A DNA stretch of 63,395 nucleotides, counting the filler, from Octopus bimaculoides (taxonomy: Eukaryota), in the NCBI RefSeq assembly GCF_001194135.2. It is 7 parts of 7 records of this genome, joined end to end, with 100 filler letters (N's around TTAATTAATTAA, not from the genome) between each part and the next. Parts side by side here need not be neighbours in the genome. Positions count along the whole stretch, not along the records: positions 18,894 to 36,744 come from NC_068981.1; positions 36,845 to 44,865 come from NC_069009.1; 5 more parts are not named here. One strand, given 5' to 3'. Below the pieces are notes generated by a model. That model did not search any database and had not been told where the DNA came from. It saw nothing but the letters and a program-made list of their open reading frames with translations. Shown here one piece after another: positions 28,954 through 40,914 of the stretch. The first letter of the stretch is position 1. Every line of letters starts with the position of its first letter. The position numbers were made by a program, and so were the translations under genes.

Positions 28954-30590
28954 TTTTTTTAAATAAAACAACTTTATTTTTTCCTTCTTTCTTCAATAAA
29001 ACAATTTTACTTACTTTTTCCTTTTTAATATCTCATGAAAGGTTCTAAATCTTTTCGCTCCACTACAGGTGGCAATTCATCGAACTCCACCATGACTCCT
29101 GGCGGGTCAATCCCTTCTCCACACGTCTTTTAGTCTGTTGTAGGTGTCCTTGTCAACCACGATGGCCTTCACATTCTCGGAATGCACATCCGTGGGCAAC
29201 TTTACTCTTATAATATGTTTAAACTTTAATACTATCTTTTCAGTTTCTTTGCATTTTGCGTACGTCACAAAATTCCATCGAAATTTTCCTTTTCTTATTA
29301 GTTTCCTCTTTTCCTGCTCCGCTCCTGGTACCTACTTCTTTTCTTCCAACACCCTGAACAGTCTCTCCACTTGCGTTTCTAAATTTTCTTCCTCCACTGG
29401 AATAACCGGTGTCTTCACCAATGTCTCTTCCTTATGCAACTCCTCTTTGAACACTTGAAGTTCCTGTTCGGTTATTTTGTCCACCACCATTTCGTCTTCC
29501 TTCCTTCTGGTCTTCTCCTTTTCCATCACTTCTTCTTTTTTTGCTGCTCTGGTGGAGAGCTCACTCTTCCACTTCTATTTCTTTTTTTAAACACCATGAA
29601 CCCCTCCTCCGCTGCTTTCTCCTTTATCTCGACCTGTACCACCTGGTCCGTGCTCTCTGCCTCCCCGTCTGCTGTATCTGTTGTTCACTCTGGGAGCACC
29701 TCGCCTTCATGTGGTCCTTTTCCCCACATTTATAACATATAGGTGGCCTGCCCTCCACCAACACTCTCAATCTTACGTCATCGAGTAGCACTATCTCTTC
29801 GACAATTCTGTTTAGGTCTTCCATTGTTTCTTGAATGGTTAACTATGTTCCATATTTCCCAGTAGTTAACTCTTTCGGTTCTTGTGGCCTTCAATATCTT
29901 GGTCTCCTCATTCATGTCATACATTATGACTGTCATCAGCCATGCTTATTTAAGCTCTGGGGGCACTTTGACAACTTGCACCCTGGCCACATGTTTGCCA
30001 CAGTACGATAGCAAAATTACCCATGGAGGCAAACAGATCTTCCGATCTGTTTGCCTCCATGTAGAGCTTAATTGCTTCCACTTCTGATGCAAAACGCACC
30101 TCCACAGTAGTGTACTTTCTCTCTCTTGTTATAAATGTGGTTACTCTTTTTATATTCTCTAAACATTCTGCAATAGCCTCTATTGTCGCTATTTCTATTT
30201 TCCGTGTTGCTAACTTCATTGTCTTAAATATCACCGTTCGTTTCATTACATTGGTTGTTAGTTCCACAGGCGACGTTATTTCCAGTGTATTTCCGTCTAT
30301 GTCCAGCAACTTCTCACATTCCTTCATTTTTAGATGTTCAACCTTTATTTCTCGTGCCTCCAGCGTTTCCAAGTCTATCCATTTTCCAGTTGCAGCCGCA
30401 TAACTGGCTACCTTCTGGCGTTTTTTCCATTTTTCCCAAAATGGTAAAAAAAAAACAATTTGAACAGTAACAATCAATCAAACAAATATTTAACACTATG
30501 ACTTACGTCTAACATGACAAAAAACAGCTCAGACCACTTGTGACACAAATGTCCGCCAAGAGAACACCAGCGGCCTCTCAACGATTAGTC
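28954..30590 (-). mobile_element. ORF1/gag-only polyadenylated retroelement (L1/Tx1-type ORF1, HAL1-like)
   Basis: Frameshifted ORF with an RRM-like region (KYTTVEVRF), a CCHC knuckle (PPICYKCGEKDHMKARC) and an acidic/basic coiled region. It ends ...FHEILKRKK* (stop 29011-29013), followed by AATAAA (28973-28978) and an A7 tail (28954-28960). No EN or RT sequence is present. Confidence 0.8.
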
Positions 30591-30639
30591 AGAGATGATT
30601 TTAAAAATGAGAATATCTGAAATAAACTCGACTGCTCTC

Positions 30640-30860
30640 AAACATTAAGTAAAAAAAAAGGAAAACTAATCCAGAATCCTTGTGCGGTACCAGATCAGTG
30701 CCAAAATCTAAGCACTTCGTTCCAGTCACGAGAACAAACATCCCTGAATGTTTCAGCCGAATCCATCCAGCGGTTCTTCAGATATTTTGTCCACGGTCAC
30801 GCAAACAAACAAACACGACTGAATAACAATGCCTCCACCTTCGTTAAGGTAGAGGTAATA
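30640..30860 (+). mobile_element. Non-autonomous Helentron/HINE (DINE-1-like) element
   Basis: tttcagccgaatccatccagcggttcttcagatatt...caaacaaacaaacacgactgaataacaat followed by the subterminal hairpin cctccacctt-cgtt-aaggtagagg (30832-30855) and taataat. Confidence 0.55.
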
Positions 30861-31499
30861 ATGAATATGATCCGTATATTATATACAATGTACTGAATGC
30901 TCTCATCCTTTACTGTTGAAAAACCATAACATTTGGGTGTACACACATACACACACAAAAAACACACACACTCACACAAAGCACACATGCGCGCAGATAT
31001 ATATGAAACACACGCACTTACACACACGTACACACACATACACACAGACACACAGACACTCATATATATACACTGATATGACTAGCTGTACGTATGTATA
31101 CCTGATAGTATTTCTTTCAGAAGACTTCATAGATAAGCCTGCATGAACAGATTTATTCTTAGTAAATTTCTGTTCATGTGTCATCAACTAAATAATTAAA
31201 TATGTGTGAATGAAGATATGTAAAATCTCACATACACACATGCCTGAACAAACAAATTCTTTGGTGTGATGTTTTTAAATGCTTCTAATGCATTCTTTAA
31301 CTTTAAGAGAAAATTCCGGTAAATTTGATCGGCAGTTCTACTACTTGGGTGTCTGGCCTTGAAAGCTTAGATGGAATACGATAGGAAGTCGATATAGCTC
31401 ATGTACAAGGAGTATAATAAGACATGCTTTTAATATATACATGAAGGTATAGGTGTGTGAGTCTATGAGCATGCAATAGTATATCTTCACGTTATCGTC

Positions 31500-31566
<67 letters not shown>

Positions 31567-31600
31567 CGCAGCAGCAGCAGCAGCAGCAGCAGCAGCACTG
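31500..31600. repeat. Compound (TAG)n-(CAG)n microsatellite
   Basis: A pure (TAG)n run switches to (CAG)n. Confidence 0.95.
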
Positions 31601-31794
31601 GTAAAGATATAAAAAACGAACAACAAGAACAAGAACTAGAAACAAACAACAACAGTGACGACGAGAAGAAACTTGAATAGAATAATATTGATTTGGATAA
31701 TATTCAGTATAGCCAGACTCCAATACATTTCAACATATATATGTGTATATATATATATATGTGTATATATATATATATGTGTATNNNNNNNNNN

Positions 31795-31841
<47 letters not shown>

Positions 31842-32598
31842 CTTCTTTCATTTACTGATGTAAAGCCTTGACGAATATTTAGTCGAATGAATCGACCCCA
31901 GTGTGTAGTTTTCTTAACCTGGAACTTATTCTGTTGGTCTGTTTCGCAGAACCGCTAAGTTACGGGGGCGTAAACACACCATCACCAATTGACAAGAGGT
32001 GAGGGGGAAAACACAAGCATAAAGACACACTCACTTACATAAACATGTACGACGGGCCTCGTTCAGTTTTCGTCTACCAAATCCACTCACAAAGCTTTGG
32101 TCAACCCGAATCTATAGTAGAACACTCTTGCCGAAGGTATCACGAAGCTGGACTGAAACCCGAATCGTGTGCTTGGGAAGCAAGCATCTTATCACACAGC
32201 CACGCCTGCACCTTCTAAATACAGGGGCATGTATACATGAGACTCATATATACATGCATATATATAAATATATATCTATATGTATACATACATATATATA
32301 TATATATACATATATACATATATACGCACGCACACATACATACATGCATACATCTGAGCTCTATTTGTGATTGTCCCTGCACCGTTTGACGATCAGTGTT
32401 GGTTTGTTTACGTACCCAGAACTTATTAGTTCAGCGTAAGCGGTCTATAGGATAAGTGCTAGACATTAAATTACAAGCCGTAGGAGCGATATGATTTTCT
32501 AGACTATTCAAAGCGGTGCCGCAGAATGATCGCAGTTCCGTGACTGGAAAAAGTAAAACAAATGAATAACATCATACACCGACACACACATATACACA

Positions 32599-32668
<70 letters not shown>

Positions 32669-34289
32669 CACACATAGAGGCTCATACTCTCATGAATCAC
32701 ACATATATGAGTTTGCGTTTATTTTTGTGTGTATGTATACTATATGCGTGTGTACAAATATGTGTCCGTATATATCTTTATATGAATTCCAATATGTATA
32801 TGTTTTATTTTTCTTTGTTAGGCAGTATAGATAGATAAGATACGTGAAAAATGTTTATCAGTTCCATATTCTCTAATACGCTTTCGAATATGTTACTGAA
32901 AAAACGAGTAGAATGACGAGCAGATTAAATTTCCTAATACTGAAGTGTCATACAAAGGCTATTGATATTTATCACGATAATAATACATCATTACGATCCT
33001 GGAATATTTTTTTCAGCGATCTCCCCAACGGTCATCTTAATAATACGGTTTGTTAGGAGTTTAAACCTGTATTATAAAAATGACTATCATCTTAACTTAC
33101 ATGGGATTAACCAAGTATGCAAATAAATCAACAATTAACGTTAGCAATGAAAACAACTTTGATGTCATATTTTGCTACTTTCTACAACCTATGATTTTGA
33201 AAGATTGGACAGATTACGTAACGTGTCTTCATTTCTATTTATATCATTTCTGAATGACTGGATGTAGCTATTAGTACCTCATGCTGAAACTGTGGACAGC
33301 TACTCTCTTTAAACAGAATAGCAAAGAGAACATACATTACATTACATCTTTATAGATCCCAGTTATTAATATTTGTCTTAAATCAAATATTACTGAAATA
33401 TGTCTCATTTGCCGTCAAGTAGAGAGTAAAAATCTTTTCTCACTCATATATATTGTTCATATTGATTCTCTCTGGCTTAACTGCCGATGAATAGGTCTCT
33501 CATCAAAAAAATCACAGATGTAATTATACCGTCTTTCTTGTGAGACAACATTATGCATTACACCGTTCTTCTATTTAACACGATGGAACATGATGCAAAT
33601 TTGCTGCTATTTCTGGAGGTCACTTCGTTAACTTGGTCCTTTACACATGTATTATCTATAAGCATTAACATAAGCACTAGATATTAGTTTCAAATTTTGG
33701 CAAAAGGCCAACATTTTCAGATGAGGAAGTAAGTCGATTACATTGACCCCAGTGTTCGACTAGTTCTTATTTTATCGACCGCGAATTGAAGAAAGGTAAA
33801 TTCGACTTCGAAAAAATAAAAGGCAAATTGGACCTCAGAGGAATTTGAACTCAGAACGTAAAGACGAACCAAATGCCGGTTGAACATTTTGATCGGCGTG
33901 CTAATGATTCTGCCAGCTCGCTGCCTTAACAAAATAGAAATATACATTTTGTGCTCTCCAGGAACTTAATCTATCCGTTTATTCAGTTAGTATTGTGCTT
34001 TATTATATACCTGAACAGCTTGGATCAATTGCATCTATCCTGGCATTTAGCCAATATCTAGGAATATTCTAGGTTTTAGGTTATATAAGAAAGGTGAAAC
34101 TGTAATGTATCGATTCCAAAATCCTGAGACGTTACGTGTTTATGAATCTGACGTAAAACAAATCAATGAACATTTTACGTTACCTTGGCATATCGATGTT
34201 CATTTTTTTCTTTGTAATCTGATAGTTCTTCGCTTCGCTTCCTCATGGCAATAATAACAGATTGTTATTATAATTATCATAATTATTAT

Positions 34290-34838
34290 TGAGTGAGAGA
34301 GCATCGCATGCCATCAAAGTGACACCGGTGTAAAATATACGAAACTTGATATACCCATCATAACTACCCGTCTGATAAGGGCACACCAAATACATGCATC
34401 ACAACCATATGTGCGAGACATGGTGATCTCATATCAAGATAAACAGCGCATGACCTCGCAGGTGGAGCCTAGTTAGAATTTTCTTCAGGTTGAGTACCCC
34501 CTCGCGCTAAAAACGTCCCTGAATAAGGTTTGTTTAAGGTTTTTGAACGAAACACTAATGTTTCCAGAGGTAAATTATTCAAATCCCAACGAATTTCTCT
34601 CAATACATGGCTATGATACTTCCCCACTACTTCTACTCGTGATCAAAGATGCACATATCGTCAGCCACTAAGGGACATGCTCAACTAGTAAAGGTGAAAC
34701 AACAGACAAGCAAATCTGTGGTATTGAGCAGAATATTTGCTGTAGCCCATTTTTTATACCAAGACAAAACATATACATGATAACACTTCCAATCAATTAA
34801 GATCAGAAGACATAAGAGCCAGTGCCTGGTATTGCATC

Positions 34839-34840
<2 letters not shown>
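34290..34840. mobile_element. About 550-bp non-coding interspersed repeat flanked by (ATT)n
   Basis: Complex non-coding sequence bounded on both sides by ATT-type tracts. I recall it as a common octopus repeat; family not assigned. Confidence 0.55.
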
Positions 34841-34904
<64 letters not shown>

Positions 34905-34944
34905 CATTATTATTATTATTACTATTATTACTATTATTATTATA

Positions 34945-36600
34945 GACGTTGCACAGTATACAATATTGTGAGGTTGTTGATTGAAGATATTGTGTCTACC
35001 AGAGGTTTGTACTGTTTGTCAAGTCGCAACAAGGACATCATATAGACAGTACTTTACGCAATATGCGTGCTGTTCCAAGTAATGCCGACTTTTGCAATAC
35101 ACCTAGATTTTAGGATATTTCTACATTTTAAAGATTTTGTTTCANNNNNNNNNNGATATTTCTACATTTTAAAGATTTTGTTTCAGATTGGGTAGTATTG
35201 AACCCAATGCTCCAATGACAATAGGAATAAACTTTATTTTTGACTCTCGTATCTGCCACATCTTAGCGATCTCAATTCTGAGCTCTCCATATTTATCCCC
35301 CTTTTCTCTTTCTTTCAGGATGATATGTTGATCTCCTGGCACTGTCACGTCAATGATTAAGCTCTCTTGTTTCTCCTTCTTAAAGGTTACAATATTCGGC
35401 CTTCAGTGCTCTAATACCTTGTTTGTCTGGAACTGAAAGTTCCAGAGAAGTTTTGCCTTCCCCTTTTTCTCCATTACTTTTTCCGGTGTATGTTGGTACC
35501 AAGCACCCTGTAATCTCATATCCATACTTACGGCATAGAAGTCAGTGGAGGTGCTGGACTCCCTTGTCGTGTCTACGTGTGTACTCTTTCTGCGAAAGAC
35601 CTTTACAAGCACTAACAATGTGGGTCACGCTTTCGTCCCTCTTCCTACACATTCTGCAGAGGTCCGTTGCACTTGTGTGGTATATATTCTTTTTCACTGA
35701 GTTGGTATTCAATGCCTGGGCTTGGGCAGCGATGATTGGGCTTTCAGTATTCTTTTTAGGTCACCCTTCTTAAGCCACCTCCATGATGCTTCCTGCTCAT
35801 TTAATTTGTTGGTTTCACGGTGGAACTGATCCTGTAATCCCATGCCGGGTAGGGTTTCTTCTCTTTCGTTGGCTGTTCTTAATCGAAACTCATGAGCATT
35901 CTCAAGTCCCTTTTTGTTACATCCTTCTGCATTACTGTAGCTGATCTTGTTTGCTGTTTAGCATGTTTCTTCTTTCGCTGTTGGTGCACTCCCGTAAGCT
36001 AATCAGCCTACGTCCACCTTTATCTCTCTTCATGTAGAGCCTGTATACATTCGCCTTATGGTGCAGGGCACCATACATTGTCATTGTCTTTTGGGTAGCG
36101 CTATCGTGTTGGTTAATCTTCGCTTGTGTCCATTTCAGTGTGGGTGCACTATAGTAGACTACAGCAACCGACCATATGTTGATGGCGGTCACAAGGTTTC
36201 TTGAGTTGAGTTTTGATTTCATTAGAAGTTTAGGCGCTTGAAATATGCAATGATCCCCTTGTCTTTCAATTCTTTTTTTGCAAGATATTGTACAGCTCCA
36301 GGATCCCAAGGTATTTGTACCCATCATCATCCAGGTCTTCCATTCTCACTCCGTTCGGCATTTGTATGCCCCAACAATTTACTCTTTTCCCCCGCTTCAA
36401 AGTAACCACTGCACACTTTTAGATACCGAATTCCAACCTTATATCCTTGCTGCACATTTGCACAGTCTCAACCAGCCACGCCATCTCAGGCTCTGTTTTT
36501 GCGAACAGTTTTAAATCATCCACGAAGAGAATGTGTTTGAGACGAAGGCCATTCTTTCTCAGCTCATAGTGCGCGTTGGCTACAGAAAATGGGATCAAGG
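34945..36600 (-). mobile_element. 5'-truncated R4/Dong-clade RLE non-LTR retrotransposon
   Basis: LKHILFVDDLKLFAK (RT), YKYLG, KLLMKSKLNSRNLVTAINIW, LYMKRDKGGRRL, CCHC finger LCRMCRKRDESVTHIVSACK, RLE region RPNIV...LIIDVTVP...KGDKY, LQKSALLGTARILRKVL, then an (AAT)n tail. Confidence 0.95.
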
Positions 36601-36610
36601 TATTAATAAC

Positions 36611-36700
<90 letters not shown>
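36601..36700. repeat. (AAT)n microsatellite. Other long (AT)n, (GT)n and (AAT)n tracts occur throughout, often bordering gaps
   Basis: Directly visible, e.g. 1-50, 3685-3760, 34841-34944, 37050-37530, 49440-49558, 52157-52232, 56590-56690. Confidence 0.97.
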
Positions 36701-36701
<1 letters not shown>

Positions 36702-37047
36702 TGAGGAAACAAACGAACCAAAAAATTATCGCCCCATAACCTGCNNNNNNNNNNNNNNNNNNNNNNNNNNNNNNNNNNNNNNNNNNNNTTAATTAATTAA
36801 NNNNNNNNNNNNNNNNNNNNNNNNNNNNNNNNNNNNNNNNNNNNGAATTTATTTACAGACAACATAATAATTGTTACCGATCCCCACCCCCATCCAGGAG
36901 TGCAAACTAACACCCCGCCTCCTCTATCGATTGCCCACCACTTCTGTCTTCCACCTTGCAAATTCTCTTCCTACCCGTCCACTTACTACAGCTTCCAATA
37001 GCACAATCACATCTGTCCATGCCCTCACCCAAACACCCACAATACAT

Positions 37048-37092
<45 letters not shown>

Positions 37093-37158
37093 TATATACA
37101 TATCATCATCTGTGTCTCTGTGTGTATATATGTGTGTCTCTCTCTGTGTATATATATA

Positions 37159-37234
<76 letters not shown>

Positions 37235-37311
37235 TATGCACCTATATATACAGGTAGATGCAGGTATGCACATACTTGTACGTATAAATGCATATACTCA
37301 TTTATTATTTG

Positions 37312-37352
<41 letters not shown>

Positions 37353-37884
37353 CACATACACACATCCATATATACACACAGATACATGCCTCTCTCTCTC
37401 TCTCTTTATATATATTATCATACATATATGTGTGTCTCTCTGTGTACGTATGTATGTATATATATATAAATATATATATACACACACACACACATCCATA
37501 TATATATACACACATATATGTGTGTATATATTGATCTCTATTCATGTTCTAAGAAACAAATGAAGACCCACCACCACCACCACCATATTCCAAAGGACAT
37601 ATTCTTCCTGTTAGATTAGGAAGTGCAACACCAGCTGCACACAGCTGTGTCATGGCAATGGTGGTGGTGTTGGGGTGGCGAGACTACACGTGTATATATA
37701 TATGTGTTTGTGAGTTTAAGAATTAAAGTGCCAGAATGTACACCCCCACACACACAAGCACGCAGGCAAATGTATTTTAAAAACAACTATGTTTGATTTA
37801 TTAAGGATTTTCCCACAATTCCCTGTTTACCTGTTCAGGTTTTGTTAATCCATTAGGCTGACAACACTTTCAGATTTCTCCAGT

Positions 37885-38296
37885 TTAACCCTTTAAGCAT
37901 TCAGATTAATCTGTCAAACTTAATCCTTATTTATTCACATTGTTTTGAATTAATCCTGCATTATCTCACAACCCAGAGATTTCAACGATGCGACTTTACT
38001 TTCTCAAAATGACATTGTAAGGTTTGTGTGAGAGGCCAGATCTAGCCAGTTTGAACATGAAACAAGTAGAACATGGCTGGTTTAATCCTTTAGCATTTGG
38101 ATTATTTTATCAAATCTAATGCTTATTTATTCACATTGTTTTGACTTAATTTTGTCTCATCTTGTAGCTTCAAGATTCCTATGATGTGATTGCTTATTTT
38201 AAGAATGACATTGTAGGGTAAGCATGAGAGACCAGATCCAGCCAGTTTGAACAGAAAACAAGTAGAACATGGCTGGTTTAATCCTTTAGCATAGAA
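37885..38296. repeat. Head-to-tail tandem of a piggyBac-like MITE (about 197-bp period, 2 units plus start of a third)
   Basis: ttaa-(c/t)cctttagcat starts at 37885, 38082 and 38278, with homologous unit interiors (ttattcacattgttttga...gacattgta...gccagtttgaaca...agtagaacatggctggt). Confidence 0.85.
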
Positions 38297-38490
38297 CCCA
38301 AAGCTACGTGATTCGGAGGTGCAAACTTCCTTACCTACACAACCAGCTGTGGTGCCTTTTTACTTTCCCCCCGTGACAGTAAAATGCAATTGGCAAAAAC
38401 TCTTGGCTGCTATTTCTCGCACCAGGTGGAGCACCAACAAAGAGGTCCTCGTTAACGACACGACATGTTCGTTAGAGTTCATCCACTTAC

Positions 38491-38609
38491 CTTATCAATT
38501 AAGGCTCTCAGTATGTTGTTAATGCATTCGTCAACCGTTGTCTCCCCTGCTTTCAAGACCACGTCGGGATTTTCGGGGGGTTCGTACACAGAGTCGACAC
38601 CAGTGAAAG
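38491..38609 (-). CDS. PAPSS: Internal exon of PAPS synthase, end of APS-kinase domain (equivalent to vertebrate exon 5)
   Basis: 119-nt exon (ttacag acceptor, gtaag donor) in phase with the previous exon (T+CT=Ser). It translates (S)FTGVDSVYEPPENPDVVLKAGETTVDECINNILRALIDK, the FTG(I/V)DSxYExP motif. The 139/119 sizes match those I recall for vertebrate PAPSS1. Confidence 0.93.
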
Positions 38610-38639
38610 CTGTAACGATAAACAAACAGAAGGATTGTC

Positions 38640-39017
38640 GCTGTCAGAGGAGGTGGTCATGGGAATGGTGATAGTGTTGATGGTGGTGGTGGTGATGGAG
38701 ATGGTTGTGGCATTGGTGGAGACGGTTGTGGTGGTGGCTGTAGTGGTAGTGGTGGAGAGGGTTGTGGTGGTGTTAGTGCTAATGGTTGTTATGGTGAATG
38801 TGATGGTTGTAGTGGTAGTGGTGGTGTTGGTAGTGGCAGTGGTGGTTGTAGAGGTGGTGTTAGTGCTAATGGTTGTCAAGGTGATTGTGATAGTTGTGGT
38901 GGTGGTGGTTGTAGTGGTGTTGATAGTAGTGATGGGGTGGTGGTGGTGGTGGTGGTATTTGCGGTCACAGAGATGATGATTATGTGCTTAATGTTTATGC
39001 CGATGGTGGTGGCTGTG

Positions 39018-39056
<39 letters not shown>

Positions 39057-39531
39057 TCATGCAATGTTTAGGCAATATTAGGAGTAAAAGGCCAATTTCC
39101 TGTCCAATATAAAAGACAGTTGACTTTATTTTGGTAAATATTGACATAGTGGTGATGGTGGTGGTGGTGGAGGCAGTTCTAATAATGAAAGTGGTGGTGT
39201 AGGTGGTGTGGATGGCGCCAGTGAAGAGAAAAGTGATGGTGATGGTGGTGGTGGAGGCAGTTCTAGCGGTGTAGGAGTTGCATTGGTGATGAGAATGATG
39301 ATGGTGGTGGTGGTAAGAAAGTCGTGTGTGACACATAAAAATGTGGTGGTGGAGTTAGTGAAGATAATTATGGTGGCGTTGGAGACGACGACAATGGTGG
39401 TGGTGGTGGTGGTGGTGATGACGATGATGATGATGATGGTGATGACAACAGAGGTGTTCAAACAACTGACGTTGATGGTGAGTGGATTTGGTAGACGGAA
39501 ACTGAAAAGAAGCCCGTCGTATATATGTACG

Positions 39532-39580
<49 letters not shown>

Positions 39581-39840
39581 ATGTATGATTGCGATGGTGA
39601 TGATGATGGTGGCAGTGATGATTAATTAGGGCAATGGTCGTGATCGTTATGAACATTATTGTGTCAGTGATGACGATGATGGTGATGGTGGTGGTGGTGG
39701 TGGTGACAATGGTGATGACAAAGTCAGTGGTGATCCAACGATGATGATGATTAGGATGACGGTTGTGATTGTGATGAAGATTACCTGCGGCAGTGATGAC
39801 AAAATCAACAACGATGACGAAGGTGACGACGACGACGAAG
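38640..39840. repeat. Degenerate (GGT/GAT/GTA)n low-complexity tract inside the PAPSS intron
   Basis: Trinucleotide-like low complexity that generates spurious poly-V/T/M ORFs. Confidence 0.9.
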
Positions 39841-39991
39841 GTATTGCTGATTAAATGCGAGATTACACAGGAGGGGGAAAAAAAATTAAAGAAGTAAAAG
39901 ACAAAAGAAAAAAAAACCAAACCAAATTTCCTCAAAATCTTTCGCAAATATCTTTACTTAAAAACTTTCTTATATCATGGCTGCAGATTCT

Positions 39992-40005
39992 GTTGCTATG
40001 GCAAC
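39992..40005. promoter_or_regulatory. RFX X-box-like palindrome
   Basis: GTTGCTATGGCAAC, one mismatch from the canonical palindrome GTTGCCATGGCAAC. Confidence 0.35.
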
Positions 40006-40140
40006 ACATACCACCCACTTCCCCCCCATCCCCGAAGCTAAGATGAACTGGATTCAACCAGATTCAACTAGTTTCAACCAATAACCTGTGTATACCACGT
40101 CATTGGTGTACATATATATGTGTATATATGTCTGTGTATG

Positions 40141-40171
<31 letters not shown>

Positions 40172-40207
40172 GTGTGTGTGGATGTATGTATATAGGAGTG
40201 TGTGTAT

Positions 40208-40440
40208 GTGGGCGTGGCTGTGTGGTAAGAAGCTTGCTTCCCAACCACATAGTTCCAGGTTCAGTCCCACTGCGTGGCACCTTGGGCAGGTGTCTTCTAC
40301 TATAACATTAGGCTGGCCAAAGCCTTGTGAATGGATTTGGTAGACGGAAACTGAAAGAAGCCAGTCGTATAGATGTATATATTTATGCGTGTGTGTGTGT
40401 GTGTCTGTGCTTGTTCCCCAACATCGCTTGACAACCAATG
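40208..40440 (+). mobile_element. SINE family A copy ending next to the PAPSS exon donor
   Basis: Head gtgggcgtggctgtgtggtaagaagc... continues through ...cttgacaaccaatg and stops about 5 nt from the cttac donor at 40445-40449. Confidence 0.85.
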
Positions 40441-40449
40441 TATACTTAC

Positions 40450-40588
40450 ATTTAATAAGTCCAGCCCTAGCTTTCTTGTAAAGACCCTTGATGTCTCGAT
40501 TTTCACAAATCTCCAGCGATGTGTTCACGTAACATTCGATAAATGGTAACTTGTCGTCGTTATGCAGCTGGCGTGCATTATTCCGATC
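40450..40588 (-). CDS. PAPSS: Internal exon of PAPS synthase, APS-kinase domain (equivalent to vertebrate exon 4)
   Basis: 139-nt exon with cag acceptor after a pyrimidine tract and gtaag donor. It translates [46 protein letters not shown], matching the PAPSS/CysC motif DRxxARxxH...C-E[14 protein letters not shown]. Confidence 0.95.
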
Positions 40589-40914
40589 CTGCAAACAAGA
40601 AAACCAAGCACAATCAGTTAGAATCAAAATTAATTAATTAATTAGATAATGAAATCTTATACGTTTTATCTTTTACTTGTTTCAGTCATTCGATAGCAGC
40701 CATACTAAAGCACTGCCTTGAACAAATTTATTTCAATCAAACAAATTGTCCCTGGAAATTTGAAATTTTCTTTTGTAAAGCCTGGTACTTATTTTATTAG
40801 TGTTCTTTTGCTGAACTGTTAAGTTATGTAAACACACCTACACCAGTTATTGAGCGATGGTGGGGGAACAAACCCAGACACAAACACACATACAGATATT
40901 TCGCAGACTACAGG

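Noticed and set aside
38553-39947. Thr/Val/His/Pro-rich ORFs resembling mucins
   Set aside because: Translations of a degenerate trinucleotide tract inside the PAPSS intron, open on both strands and running through a SINE.
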